From NCBI GenBank assembly GCA_035764725.1, contig DASTYT010000130.1:364-64363 (forward strand): 64,000 bases of DNA, given 5' to 3'. The position numbers were made by a program, and so were the translations under genes. This document shows positions 51,768 to 61,410 of the stretch, one piece after another; positions within the stretch are counted from its first letter, which is position 1, and each line of letters opens with the position of its first letter. This DNA is from Candidatus Methylomirabilota bacterium (GTDB lineage Bacteria > Methylomirabilota > Methylomirabilia > Rokubacteriales > CSP1-6). The notes under the pieces were generated by a model. The model was not told the DNA's origin. It searched no databases and worked only from the letters and a program-made list of their open reading frames with translations.

Positions 51768-53303
51768 CTATTTCCTGAGGCGCACCTCTTCGAGGGGCGC
51801 CGACCACGGGTACGGGTTGATCAGCATCAGCGCGGGCTCGGCCACCCGCGTGCTCATGGCGCTGGGCCAGATGTACTCGTAGATCGGCGCGAAACGCACG
51901 CGCTCGGCCAGCTCGCGCTGGATCCGGTGGAGCAGCGCCTCGCGCTTCTTCCGGTCGGTCTCGCGCGCCTGCTGGGCGTAGAGGGCCTCGATGTCCGGCC
52001 ACGCCCCGTAGGTATACGACCCCTCCGCCGGCACCGTCTCGGAGAGCCGCGACGCCGCGTTCCCGTAGACCGCGTTGATGCACACGCACACCCCCTTGAG
52101 CTTCTTGGAGGCGAGCGCGGTGTAGAAGGCGGCCCGCTCCATGGTGCGCACGCGGGTCTTGATGCCGATCGCGGCGAGGTAGTTGGTCACCGTCTCCCCG
52201 AGGGAGGTGTAGGGGGGCCAGGGATAGAGGTCGCCCGCGTCGAAGCCGTTCGGGTAGCCGGCCTCGGCAAGGAGCTGCTTGGCCCGCTGGACGTTGTAGG
52301 GCGGCGCCTCAAGGGGCAGGGCGAAGTCGAAGCCCTTGGGCACCACATTGCCGGTGGGGGTGGAGGCGCCCACCGTCTCCACGTCGCTGAGCCCGCGGCG
52401 GTCGATGGCGAGGCTGGCGGCCTGCCGGACGCGCTTGTCGGCCCAGGGCGACTTCGGGTCCCACATGTCGAAGAAGTCGAGGTAGACGGTCCCGATGCCG
52501 CCGGAGAAGACCAGCTTCAGATTGGGGTCGCGCTTCACCTCGTCGGCCACGGGCGTGTCGATGAGATAGGCGAGGTCGACCTCGCCCCGCTTCAACATCG
52601 CCATGCGCGTGGTCGCGTCGGGCACACTCTTGTAGACGAGGCGCTTTACCGCCGGCATCTTCCGCCAGTAGCCCTCGTAGGCCTCCATCACCAGATCGAC
52701 GCCCGGCGTGAAGCTCACGAACTTGTAGGGCCCGAGCCCGACCGGCGCTTTCTTGAAGCCGTCCGGCCCCACCTGCTCCATGTACTTCTTCGGCACCACC
52801 CAGCCGGCGCCGGAGGCGAACGTGCCGTAGAACGTCATGAAGTCGGGCCAGGGCTCCACGAGCACGAAGCGGATCCGGTGGGGATCCACGATCACCACGT
52901 CCTTGACCTTCTCATGGAGCAGCTTGCCCTTGGCCCGGTGGAAGGAGAACTTCACGTCCTCCGCGGTGAAGGGATCGCCATTGTGGAACTTCACGCCCTG
53001 GCGGAGCTTGAACTCGTAGGTCTTCTGGTCCCCGCTCACCGTCCACGATTCGGCCAGGCTCGGGGCGAACTGATTGCCCGGCATGGGCTTCACGAGCGCG
53101 TCGTGGAGCGCATAGAGGATCCAGAAGGGCGTGATCACGCCCACCACCTCGCCGGGGTCGAACCACATCGGCGACACGTTCACGTAGAGCGCCCAGCGCA
53201 TCTCGCCCTCCGGCTTGCCCTGCGCGCCCGCCCCCGCCGGCCAGCCCGCGAGGCCGACCGCGAGCGCGGCGGCGAGCGCGACCGCCCGCGCCGCGCGCCT
53301 CAT
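51768..53303 (-). CDS. family-5 ABC substrate-binding protein, orphan
   Basis: ATG at 53303 (MRRAARAVALAAALAVGLAG..). ..KFHNGDPFTAEDVKFSF.., GLGPYKFVSF.. SBP_bac_5 motifs. 4-nt overlap with the upstream TauD gene. Confidence 0.85.
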   Translation of the reverse strand: MRRAARAVALAAALAVGLAGWPAGAGAQGKPEGEMRWALYVNVSPMWFDPGEVVGVITPFWILYALHDALVKPMPGNQFAPSLAESWTVSGDQKTYEFKLRQGVKFHNGDPFTAEDVKFSFHRAKGKLLHEKVKDVVIVDPHRIRFVLVEPWPDFMTFYGTFASGAGWVVPKKYMEQVGPDGFKKAPVGLGPYKFVSFTPGVDLVMEAYEGYWRKMPAVKRLVYKSVPDATTRMAMLKRGEVDLAYLIDTPVADEVKRDPNLKLVFSGGIGTVYLDFFDMWDPKSPWADKRVRQAASLAIDRRGLSDVETVGASTPTGNVVPKGFDFALPLEAPPYNVQRAKQLLAEAGYPNGFDAGDLYPWPPYTSLGETVTNYLAAIGIKTRVRTMERAAFYTALASKKLKGVCVCINAVYGNAASRLSETVPAEGSYTYGAWPDIEALYAQQARETDRKKREALLHRIQRELAERVRFAPIYEYIWPSAMSTRVAEPALMLINPYPWSAPLEEVRLRK

Positions 53304-54361
53304 ACCTGGTCGATCCCGCCGCGCAGCGCGCCGGCCTCGATGCGGCCCCACAGCACCTCGAAGCCGGGCGGCAACGCCCGGCTGTTCGGCATCGAGAGCC
53401 AGAGCCGATAGAGCAGACGGTCCTGGCGCGAGGCCGGGTCGTCCTCATAGGCGGTGCGGGCGTGATAGGTCACGTGGCTGTTGAGGAGCTGTAGATCGCC
53501 GGGGATCAGCGTCATCTCGTAGCAGAGCTCCTCGGCCAGCTCGGCCAGGAGGTCGAGCGCCTCGTCCTGCGCGGCGGTGAGCTTCGGGACGCCGGGCAGC
53601 CGCTGCGCGGCCTCGACGAACGTGCGCGAGTACTGGCTGGTGAAGCGCCCGTCGCGGATGCCCCAGACGGGCAGCGCGTAGGTGCGGCGCTCGCCGCCCG
53701 CCTCCTCGCCCTCGCGGCTGCGGTGATAGTCCTGGAGCAGCAGGGCGACGAGCTCGGGTCGCCGGGCCAGCATCGCGTCGTGGATCGCCACCGAGCTGAC
53801 CACCTTGCTCTTGCCGCCCGTCCGGGCCTGGCGCACGCAGAGCAGCGCCACCACGTCGGTGCGATCCGTGTGGAAGCGCAGCGGACCAGACGACCGCGCC
53901 TTATATCTTGAAGTGGGCGGCGCGTCCGCGGTGCGCCCCGGCATGGCCGGCTGGGCGACGTTTCCGTACACGCGCAGCTCGTCGCGCACCTCGCCGATCA
54001 GCTCGCCACGCGAGTTCTGGTACCGCGCGCTGCCCAGATGCGCGCCGAGTCCGAAGTAGAGCGCGCGCAGCCCCTCTTCGTCGTAGCGCTCGACCGGGAG
54101 GCCGCGGAGCAGCGCCACGCCCCGGCCGTCCTCCAGCTCGCGCTGCACCGCCGCGAGCATGCGGCCGAAGCCCGGCAGCGGGAAGTCGCCACGGGTGATG
54201 TCGCGCCAAACGAGGCCGCGGCGCCTGACGCCCTCGACCGCCGCGTGCAGCTCCGCCACCGCCTCGGCGGGGACAGGCCAGATCCAGTCGGTGCTGCGGC
54301 TCAGCTCTTCGCCCTTCCAGGCGGCGGGACCGCCGAGGGGCCGCGCGATGGTGATGGCCAT
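53300..54361 (-). CDS. TauD/TfdA (clavaminate-synthase-like) Fe(II)/2OG dioxygenase
   Basis: ATG at 54361. ..LRFHTDRTD (HxD).., ..GDLQLLNSHVTYHART.. motifs. Confidence 0.8.
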   Translation of the reverse strand: MAITIARPLGGPAAWKGEELSRSTDWIWPVPAEAVAELHAAVEGVRRRGLVWRDITRGDFPLPGFGRMLAAVQRELEDGRGVALLRGLPVERYDEEGLRALYFGLGAHLGSARYQNSRGELIGEVRDELRVYGNVAQPAMPGRTADAPPTSRYKARSSGPLRFHTDRTDVVALLCVRQARTGGKSKVVSSVAIHDAMLARRPELVALLLQDYHRSREGEEAGGERRTYALPVWGIRDGRFTSQYSRTFVEAAQRLPGVPKLTAAQDEALDLLAELAEELCYEMTLIPGDLQLLNSHVTYHARTAYEDDPASRQDRLLYRLWLSMPNSRALPPGFEVLWGRIEAGALRGGIDQV

Positions 54362-54461
54362 GGGACGAGACCTCCGCTGTGGGATCCGGATGGAGACGGG
54401 CGCGGCCAGCCGCTGCCAGGGCGCAGGATGGCACCGTTGGCAGGGCGTCGTCAATGGATGG

Positions 54462-54716
54462 TCAGGCGGAGGACGAAGCGGCGAGGGCGGCCCGGGCGGC
54501 GGTGATCTCGTCGCCGACCGCCTCGGCCCCGGGGAAGTCGCGGTGCGCCTTCCCGTACCAGTAGCGCGCGTTGTCCAGGTCACCCTCGAGGGTGTGCACG
54601 ATGCCGTGCAACCACGCCGCGAGCGTGGATTCGTGCTTCTGGACGATCGTGTGCGCCTGCTGCCAGTCCCCCGCGGCGAGATGGTCCACCACGCGCGCGA
54701 GCGCCGCATCCGCCAT
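54462..54716 (-). CDS. hypothetical small helical protein (84 aa)
   Basis: ..WQQAHTIVQKHESTLAAWLHGIVHTLEGDLDNARYWYGKA... A conserved-looking motif, but I cannot name the family. Confidence 0.5.
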   Translation of the reverse strand: MADAALARVVDHLAAGDWQQAHTIVQKHESTLAAWLHGIVHTLEGDLDNARYWYGKAHRDFPGAEAVGDEITAARAALAASSSA

Positions 54717-54809
54717 GGGCCGATTCTACCGCGACGCGGCCGGGCGCGCCGCGTTTGCCATTGCCGGATGAATGGGCGAAGATCGCCTCGTCATGAAAGG
54801 AGACCGCCG

Positions 54810-56012
54810 GTGACCGACTCTCGTCCTGCTCCGGGTGTGCTCGCGGGCGTGCGCGTCCTCGACTTCGGCCGTTACATCGCGGGGCCCTACTGTGCGGCGC
54901 TGCTCGCCGACCTGGGCGCCGATGTCATCCGCATCGAGCGTCTCGACGGCGGCGAGGACCGCTGGGTGGCGCCGGTGGGCGAGGACGGCGTAGGCGCGAT
55001 GTACGTGGTGATGAATCGGAACAAGCGCGGCATGACGCTCGATCCCAGCTCACCCGAGGGTCGGCAGATCGTGCAGCGGCTGGTCGCCACCGCGGACGTC
55101 GTGGTCGCGAACCTCCCGCCCGAGGTGCTGCGCTCCCTGGCCCTGGACCTCGAGAGCCTGCGTCGCGTGAAGCCCGACATCATCCTCACCACCGTCACCG
55201 CCTTCGGCGCGGGCGGGCCCTGGAGCCACCGCCACGGCTTCGACGGCATCGGCCAGGTCATGTGCGGCTCGGCCTATCTGACCGGCACGCCCGAGCAGCC
55301 GTACCGCGCCGCGGTGGCGTGGGTGGATTGCGGCACCGCCTCCCTCGCCGCCTTCGGGACGCTGGCCGCGCTCATGGAGCGTCAGAAGACGGGGCACGGC
55401 CAGAAAGTGGAGGGTGCGCTCCTGCGCACGGCGGTCGCCTTCAACAATCCCACTCTGGTCGAGCAAGGGGTGGTGCGCCCGAATCGCATCGCCACCGTGA
55501 ACCGGGGGCAGACCTCGGCGCCCTCCGATCTCTTCCGCACCAAGGACGGGTGGATCATCGCTTACGCCATCGGCAACCCGATGTTCACGCGGTGGGCGCG
55601 CCTCATGGGCGAGGAGCACTGGCTCACCGATCCGCGCTTCGCGGACGACCTCGCGCGCGGGGACCACGGCGAGATCATCTCCAAGCGCATGAACGAGTGG
55701 ACGGGCGAGCGCACCACCGCGGAAGCGCTGGCCGATCTCGAGGCCGCGAAGATTCCCGCGGGCCCGCTCTACTCCCCGCAGCAGGCGCTCGAGGACGCGC
55801 ATATCCGCGCCGCCGGCCTCCTCGCCGACACGGAATACCCCGGGCTGCCGCGCCCCGCGCCACTGGCGCCGATGCCCGTCGATCTCTCGAAGACGCCCGG
55901 CCGCTTCCGCCACCGCGCGCCCACCCTCGGCGAGCACACCGATGTCATCCTCGGCGAGCTGGGCTACAACGCCGAGGCCATCGCGGGCTTCCGCGAGAGA
56001 AAGGTGATCTGA
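54810..56012 (+). CDS. family III CoA-transferase (CaiB/BaiF type)
   Basis: GTG at 54810 follows AAGGAG. LAGVRVLDFGRYIAGPYCAALLADLGADVIRIE. Confidence 0.85.
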   Translation: MTDSRPAPGVLAGVRVLDFGRYIAGPYCAALLADLGADVIRIERLDGGEDRWVAPVGEDGVGAMYVVMNRNKRGMTLDPSSPEGRQIVQRLVATADVVVANLPPEVLRSLALDLESLRRVKPDIILTTVTAFGAGGPWSHRHGFDGIGQVMCGSAYLTGTPEQPYRAAVAWVDCGTASLAAFGTLAALMERQKTGHGQKVEGALLRTAVAFNNPTLVEQGVVRPNRIATVNRGQTSAPSDLFRTKDGWIIAYAIGNPMFTRWARLMGEEHWLTDPRFADDLARGDHGEIISKRMNEWTGERTTAEALADLEAAKIPAGPLYSPQQALEDAHIRAAGLLADTEYPGLPRPAPLAPMPVDLSKTPGRFRHRAPTLGEHTDVILGELGYNAEAIAGFRERKVI

Positions 56013-56015
56013 GCC

Positions 56016-57140
56016 ATGAAGGGACGGGTCGCGGTGCTCCCGGCCTACGGCGGCGACTTCGAGCTGCGCGAGTATCCGGTGCCCGATCCCGAGGCGGGGG
56101 CGGTGCTGATCCGGCTGACCCGCGCGGGCGTGTGCGGCTCCGACCTGCACATCTGGCGCGGCGAGATGAAGGAGGTGTACGGCTCGCCCCCCAAGGACCT
56201 GACGTTCGGCCACGAGATGTGCGGGCGCGTGGAGCGGCTGGGCGCGGGCGTGGCGACGGACTCGGCGGGCGCGCCGCTGCGGGAAGGCGACCGCGTCGCG
56301 TTCCTCTACTTCTTCCCCTGCGGCCGCTGCCCGGTCTGCACCCGCGACGAGATGGGCTCCTGCCCGCGCAAGGGCCGCGCAAACCGCGTCGCGGGGACCC
56401 CGCCCTACTTCAACAACGCCTACGGCGACTACTACTACCTGCGGCCGGGCGGCTGGGTCTACCGCATCCCCGACGAGGTGTCCGACGACATGGCCACGCC
56501 GGCCAACTGCGCGCTCGCCCAGGTGCTGTACGGTCTCACGCGTGCCGGCGTGCGCATGGGAGACGCGGTGGTGATCCAGGGGGCGGGCGGCCTCGGCCTC
56601 AATGCCATCGCGGTCGCCCGCGACATGGGGGCCGGCACCATCATCGTGGTGGACCGCGTGCCCGCGCGTCTGGCCCTGGCCCGCGAGTTCGGGGCCGATC
56701 ACACCCTGAGCCTCGAGGACCTCCCCACCTCCGAGCGGCGCATCGCCGCCGTGCAGGACCTCACCGAGGGGTTCGGGGCCGACGTGGTGGCGGACTTCGT
56801 GGGCTACCCGGACGTGGTGCCGGAGGGCCTCAGGATGCTGCGAAGCGGCGGCTGCTACCTGGAAGTCGGGTCCATCGCGCCCGGCAACATGTTCAGCTTC
56901 GACGCGACCGCCCTCGTGCGCGGCAACATCCGTCTCGTCGGGACCTCGAACTACTCCCCGTGGGCGCTCGCCCAGTCCCTCGCCTTCCTGCGTCGGGGGC
57001 AGGCGCGCTTCCCCTTCGCGCGCCTCGTCTCCCACGTCTATCCACTCGAGAAGATCTCCGATGCGTTCCAGCAAGCGGACTGGATGCAGCGGGGCGGCGA
57101 TGGCCTGCGCCTGTCGCGGGCCGCGCTGTCGATGGCGTGA
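56016..57140 (+). CDS. zinc-dependent MDR dehydrogenase
   Basis: GVCGSDLH, GHEMCG, CGRCPVC structural zinc motif, GAGGLGL. Confidence 0.85.
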   Translation: MKGRVAVLPAYGGDFELREYPVPDPEAGAVLIRLTRAGVCGSDLHIWRGEMKEVYGSPPKDLTFGHEMCGRVERLGAGVATDSAGAPLREGDRVAFLYFFPCGRCPVCTRDEMGSCPRKGRANRVAGTPPYFNNAYGDYYYLRPGGWVYRIPDEVSDDMATPANCALAQVLYGLTRAGVRMGDAVVIQGAGGLGLNAIAVARDMGAGTIIVVDRVPARLALAREFGADHTLSLEDLPTSERRIAAVQDLTEGFGADVVADFVGYPDVVPEGLRMLRSGGCYLEVGSIAPGNMFSFDATALVRGNIRLVGTSNYSPWALAQSLAFLRRGQARFPFARLVSHVYPLEKISDAFQQADWMQRGGDGLRLSRAALSMA

Positions 57141-57523
57141 GGCGGCTCCGCGGGGTGCGGCTCGGAGGGGATCAGCGCGGGCTCGGCCTGATCGAGATCG
57201 CGCTGGTGCTGGTGATCGTGGCGATCGTGGGCACCCTGCTCTACCGCTACGTCGGCTCGACGGCGAAGACCGTGGAGAAGTTCAAGGAGGACCGGCCGCT
57301 CGCCCATACGCGGCTGGCCGCGGATCAGGCCACGCTGGCCGCGATGCAGGGGGCGCTCCAGACCTACCGCGCCACGAACGAGGGCAAGCTCCCGCCCGAC
57401 AAGGCCGGCGTCGCCGCCCTGATGGCCGGCCCGCCGAAGTTCCAGTGCGAGGGCGGCGACTTCGACTACGATCCGGCGACCGGCACGCTCCGCCTGATCG
57501 TCACCGACGTCACCCGCTGTTGA
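57137..57523 (+). CDS. prepilin-type N-terminal cleavage/methylation domain protein (small type IV pilin/pseudopilin-like), orphan
   Basis: GTGA overlap with the dehydrogenase stop. ..QRG/LGLIEIALVLVIVAIVGTLLY has Glu at +5 after the predicted cleavage Gly. There is a C-terminal Cys pair (..KFQCEGGDFDYDPATGTLRLIVTDVTRC). Confidence 0.6.
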   Translation: MRRLRGVRLGGDQRGLGLIEIALVLVIVAIVGTLLYRYVGSTAKTVEKFKEDRPLAHTRLAADQATLAAMQGALQTYRATNEGKLPPDKAGVAALMAGPPKFQCEGGDFDYDPATGTLRLIVTDVTRC

Positions 57524-57649
57524 TCGGGCGGCGAGAAGGGTCCAGCGGCGAGGCGACGTACGAGAGCCGGGCGCGAGGCGTACTTACCGTACGTTGAGCG
57601 CTCGGCCGAGGGCGTCAACGAAGCCGATGGGCCCTTATCGCCGCCCGAT
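57523..57649. repeat. long imperfect inverted repeat spanning the whole convergent intergenic spacer
   Basis: ATCGGGCGGCGA (57523-57534) and TCGCCGCCCGAT (57638-57649) are perfect 12-nt complements. Complementarity extends to 24 of 27 positions. A nested ACGTACG/CGTACGT pair lies inside. The outer arms overlap both stop codons. Confidence 0.7.
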
Positions 57650-58995
57650 TAGCCGCCGACGCTCTTCGCGAGCGCCCTGACGCTGTCGACGACGACGCTC
57701 ACCAGCTGATCGGTCTCTTCGTTGGTGATGCAGAGCGGCGGCGCGAGGCGGAGCACGCTGCCCCGCGCGTAGACGATGGCCCCGCGGCTCCAGGCCTCGC
57801 GATCGAGGTCGGCCACGATCTTGCCGTCGAGCGGCTTGCCCGAGCCGTCCGGGTCGACGAGGTCCACGCAGACGAGGAGCCCGCGGCCCCGCACCTCCCC
57901 GACGATCTTGGTGCCGGCCAGCCCGCCGCGGAGCCCCTCCAGGAGGCGTGTCCCCTGGGCGGCCGAATTCTCGATCAGGCGGTCCTGCTCCATGATCTTG
58001 AGGTTCGCGAGCGCGGCCGCGCAGGCCACCGGGTGGGCGGCGTAGGTATTCGGGTGCACGTTCTCCTGGGTGGTGTCGTCGGGGAACGCCGCGGCCAGAT
58101 GCGGCCGCGCGATGCTGGCCGACAGCGGGATGTAGCCGGAGGTGATGCCCTTGGCCACCGACATGAGGTCCGGCACCACGCCCTCGTGATCGCAGGCGAA
58201 CCACCGTCCGGTGCGGCCGAAGCCAGTGATGACCTCGTCCGCGATCATGAGCACGTCCAGCTCGTCGCAGACCGCGCGCACCGCCTTGAGCCAGCCGAGC
58301 GGCGGAATGATGAAGCCCGCCGAGGAGAGGATCGGCTCCAGGATCACCGCGGACACGGTGCCGGGGTTCTCGCGCTCGATGATCTCGCGCAGCTCGCGCG
58401 CGCGCCGCTCCACCAGCTCGGCGTCGGTGCCTGTCCCGCGGTCGCGGAAGGGATGCGGGGGCGCAGCCTTGGCGAAGCCCGCCGGCTGCAGCGGCGCGTA
58501 CGCGGCGGTCATGTGCGGCAGGCCGCAGATCGCGTAGGTGCCCATGGTGGCGCCGTGATAGCCGCCCTGGAGCGCGATGACCTTGTACTTGTTCGAGCGG
58601 CCGCGGGCCAGCCAGTACTGCCGCGCGATCTGCATCGAGCGCTCGTTGGCCTCCGAGCCGGACACCGCGAACATCGTGTAGCGCAGGTCTCCGGGGGTGA
58701 GCGTGGCGAGCTTGGCCGCGAGCTCGGCGGCGGGCCGGTTCGAGAACTGGCGCGTGGTCGGGTAGTAGGCCAGCTTGACGGTCTGCTCGGCGATCGCCTC
58801 GGCGATCTCGCGCCGGCCGTGGCCGACGTTCACCACCGCAAGGCCGGCGAAGCCGTCCATCAGCTTCTTCCCCTGCTCCGTCCAGACCCACACCCCTTCG
58901 GCGCGGTCGATGACCAGCTCGTCATCCTTGAGAAAGGGGTGGTCCTGTGTCTTGTGCGTCCAGAGATGGCGGATGTCGTCGACATGAGTGCTCAT
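57649..58995 (-). CDS. class III pyridoxal-phosphate aminotransferase (omega-transaminase type)
   Basis: ATG at 58995. ..AVSGSEANE.., ..ADEVITGFGRTG.., ..VAKGITSGY.. (PLP Lys) motifs. Confidence 0.9.
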   Translation of the reverse strand: MSTHVDDIRHLWTHKTQDHPFLKDDELVIDRAEGVWVWTEQGKKLMDGFAGLAVVNVGHGRREIAEAIAEQTVKLAYYPTTRQFSNRPAAELAAKLATLTPGDLRYTMFAVSGSEANERSMQIARQYWLARGRSNKYKVIALQGGYHGATMGTYAICGLPHMTAAYAPLQPAGFAKAAPPHPFRDRGTGTDAELVERRARELREIIERENPGTVSAVILEPILSSAGFIIPPLGWLKAVRAVCDELDVLMIADEVITGFGRTGRWFACDHEGVVPDLMSVAKGITSGYIPLSASIARPHLAAAFPDDTTQENVHPNTYAAHPVACAAALANLKIMEQDRLIENSAAQGTRLLEGLRGGLAGTKIVGEVRGRGLLVCVDLVDPDGSGKPLDGKIVADLDREAWSRGAIVYARGSVLRLAPPLCITNEETDQLVSVVVDSVRALAKSVGG

Positions 58996-59060
58996 GGGCC
59001 ACAGGGTAGGCAATGCGGCGAGGCGGGGCAAGCAAAGATTTCGGCTAACATGATGACACC

Positions 59061-61376
59061 ATGCCGGGGTCGGCTCCGCTCGCCGAGGCGCTCCGCGGCC
59101 GGACTGTGCTCGTCGTCGAGCGCGATCCCGCCGCGCGCGGATCGCTCGCCGCTCAGCTCGCCGCGCTCGGCGTGGCGACCGACAACGCGGCGTCCGGTCC
59201 CGAGGCGCTCGTGCGGCTCGCGCGTGGGGGCGAGCAGGGCGGTGTCGGCCTGATCGTGCTCGCCGCCGACCTGCCGGGGATGGGGGCGGCCGGGCTGACG
59301 CGCGCGCTGCGGGCGCGGCCCGAGACGCGAGCGGTGCCGCTGGTGACGGTGGCGGACGCGACGCTCGATCCTGCCGCGCTGCTGCGGGCGCTCGACGAGG
59401 ATGCGGCCGCGCCCGCCGAGCTCGATCTCGCCGCGGCGAGCGCGCGGCTGGGGCTGGCCCCCGCGGAGCTCGCGGACCTCCTCCGCGCGTTCGCTCCACA
59501 GGCAGCGGATCACCTCACGGCGCTCGCGCGGGCGGTGGGGGCCGGGGACGCCGAGGAAGCCCGGCGCGAGGCGCACGCCCTGGCGGGCGCCGCGGGCAAT
59601 CTCGGCGCCAGCGCCCTGCACCACGCCGCCCGCAGCCTCGAGCATGCGGCGCGGGGGGGCGCCGGTGGGCTCGCCACGCCGCTGGCCGAGGTCGCGCGCG
59701 CCGGCCGCGCGCTGCTCGGCGCCATCGCGGGTCTCCGACCGGCGGCCGCCGGGGCCCCCGCTCCTGCCGCGTCGGCGCCACCCGCGGCCCGGGGCGAGCT
59801 CGCCGACCGCCTCGTGCTCATCGTCGACGACGTCCGCACCAACGTCGAATTGCTCGTGCGTGCCCTGAAGGACGACTACCGGCTGGCCGTGGCCCAGGAC
59901 GGCGAGAGCGCCCTGCGCAGCGTGGCGGTCGCGCCGCCCGATCTCGTGCTGCTCGACATCATGATGCCGGGGCTCGACGGCTACGAGGTGTGCCGCCGGC
60001 TCAAGCGCGATCCGCGCACGCGCGACATCCCGGTGGTGTTCCTGACGTCACTCGACGAGGTGCAGGACAAGGCGCGGGGCTTCGAGGCCGGCGCCGCCGA
60101 CTACGTCACGAAGCCGTTCGAGATCCTCGAGGTGAAGGCGCGCGTGGGCGCGCTCCTGCGCGCCAAGGCCTATCAGGACGCGGTCCGCGAGCTGCTCGAG
60201 AGCGAGCTGCGCGTGGCCCGCGAGATCCAGCGCGGCCTGGTCCCCCGGAACTTCGCCGCGCTCGGCGGAGTCGCCGCGGAGTGCTTCGCGTGCCTCGAGC
60301 CTGCGCGCGCGGTGGGCGGCGACCTCTACGACGTCTTCCGCATCGACGACCGACACCTGTGCCTCGTCGTCGGCGACGTCTCCGGCAAGGGTATCCCGGC
60401 CGCGCTCTTCATGGTGATGACGATTACCCTGATCCGCAGCCTCGCGCGGCTGAGCGGCCGCCCGGACGAGATCCTGGCCCGCGTCAACGACGCCCTCGCC
60501 GCGGACAATCCCTCGAGCATGTTCGTCACGCTGTTCTGCGCCGTCCTCGACGTGGAGGCGGGCCGGCTGACCTGCGCGAGCGGAGGCCACCTCTCGCCAA
60601 TGCTGGTGCGCCCGGGCGGAGAGCCGCGGTCGATCGTCGCCTCCGAGGGCACGCTGGTGGGCGTGCAGCCGGGGCTCGCGTTCCCCGCCACCGACGTGCA
60701 GCTCGCGCCCGACGATCTCCTGGTCGCGTTCACCGACGGCGTCACCGAGGCGATGTCGCCCGACGGCGCGCTCTTCGGCGAGGGTCGGCTTCGAGCGCTC
60801 CTGGGAGGACTGGGCAACATCTCCGCCGCCGCCGCGGTCAACGCGGTCCTGACCGGCGTCCGCGCGTTCGCGGAATCGGCCGAGCAGGCCGACGACATCG
60901 CCATCCTCGCGCTCCGCTACGCGGGACCGGGCGGACGCCCGGCGGCGGCGGCCGATCTCGTCCTCGACCTCCGCGCGACCTTCGAGGAGGTGGTGCGCGC
61001 GGCCACCGCGGTGCGGGAGCTCTGCGAGGCCCGCGGCGTCCCGCGCGAGCCCACCGACGACCTGATCCTGGGCCTCGACGAGATGCTCGCCAACATCGTC
61101 ACGTACGGCTACCCGGGCAACCCGGCGGGCGCCATCGCCGTACGCGTGGCGATCACCGAGGAGGCGCTCCGGCTCGACATCAGCGACCGCGCCCCCGCTT
61201 TCAATCCCCTGGAGGCCGCCGCCCCCGACCTGGACGCCCCCCTGGACACGCGGCCGGTGGGGGGCCTCGGCGTGCACCTGGCCCGCTCGGTCATGGACAC
61301 GATGGAGTACGCGCGGGAGGACGGAGAGAACCGTCTGCGTCTGGTCCGCCGACTCCGCCGGGGCGAGGTGCTATAG
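59061..61376 (+). CDS. multidomain partner-switching regulator: REC(degenerate)-HPt-REC-PP2C(SpoIIE)-HATPase (RsbW-like kinase)
   Basis: REC1 at about aa 15-110 (D70, no conserved Lys). HPt at about aa 121-215 (EAH172ALAGAAGNLGA). REC2 at about aa 250-360 (DD256-257, D299, T329, K351). PP2C/SpoIIE (..GGDLYDV..VVGDVSGKG..FTDGVTEA..DDIAILALR). C-terminal GHKL ATPase (..EMLANIVTYG..RPVGGLGVHLA..). Confidence 0.85.
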   Translation: MPGSAPLAEALRGRTVLVVERDPAARGSLAAQLAALGVATDNAASGPEALVRLARGGEQGGVGLIVLAADLPGMGAAGLTRALRARPETRAVPLVTVADATLDPAALLRALDEDAAAPAELDLAAASARLGLAPAELADLLRAFAPQAADHLTALARAVGAGDAEEARREAHALAGAAGNLGASALHHAARSLEHAARGGAGGLATPLAEVARAGRALLGAIAGLRPAAAGAPAPAASAPPAARGELADRLVLIVDDVRTNVELLVRALKDDYRLAVAQDGESALRSVAVAPPDLVLLDIMMPGLDGYEVCRRLKRDPRTRDIPVVFLTSLDEVQDKARGFEAGAADYVTKPFEILEVKARVGALLRAKAYQDAVRELLESELRVAREIQRGLVPRNFAALGGVAAECFACLEPARAVGGDLYDVFRIDDRHLCLVVGDVSGKGIPAALFMVMTITLIRSLARLSGRPDEILARVNDALAADNPSSMFVTLFCAVLDVEAGRLTCASGGHLSPMLVRPGGEPRSIVASEGTLVGVQPGLAFPATDVQLAPDDLLVAFTDGVTEAMSPDGALFGEGRLRALLGGLGNISAAAAVNAVLTGVRAFAESAEQADDIAILALRYAGPGGRPAAAADLVLDLRATFEEVVRAATAVRELCEARGVPREPTDDLILGLDEMLANIVTYGYPGNPAGAIAVRVAITEEALRLDISDRAPAFNPLEAAAPDLDAPLDTRPVGGLGVHLARSVMDTMEYAREDGENRLRLVRRLRRGEVL

Positions 61377-61410
61377 TGACGCGGGCGCTTCCCCGAGAGA
61401 GGAGAACGAC

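Noticed and set aside
55050-57074. 674-aa minus-strand ORF and 753-aa plus-strand ORF (55262-57523)
   Set aside because: These are shadows of the CoA-transferase and MDR dehydrogenase genes. Only the last 128 codons of the 753-aa frame (the pilin-like gene, 57137-57523) are credible.
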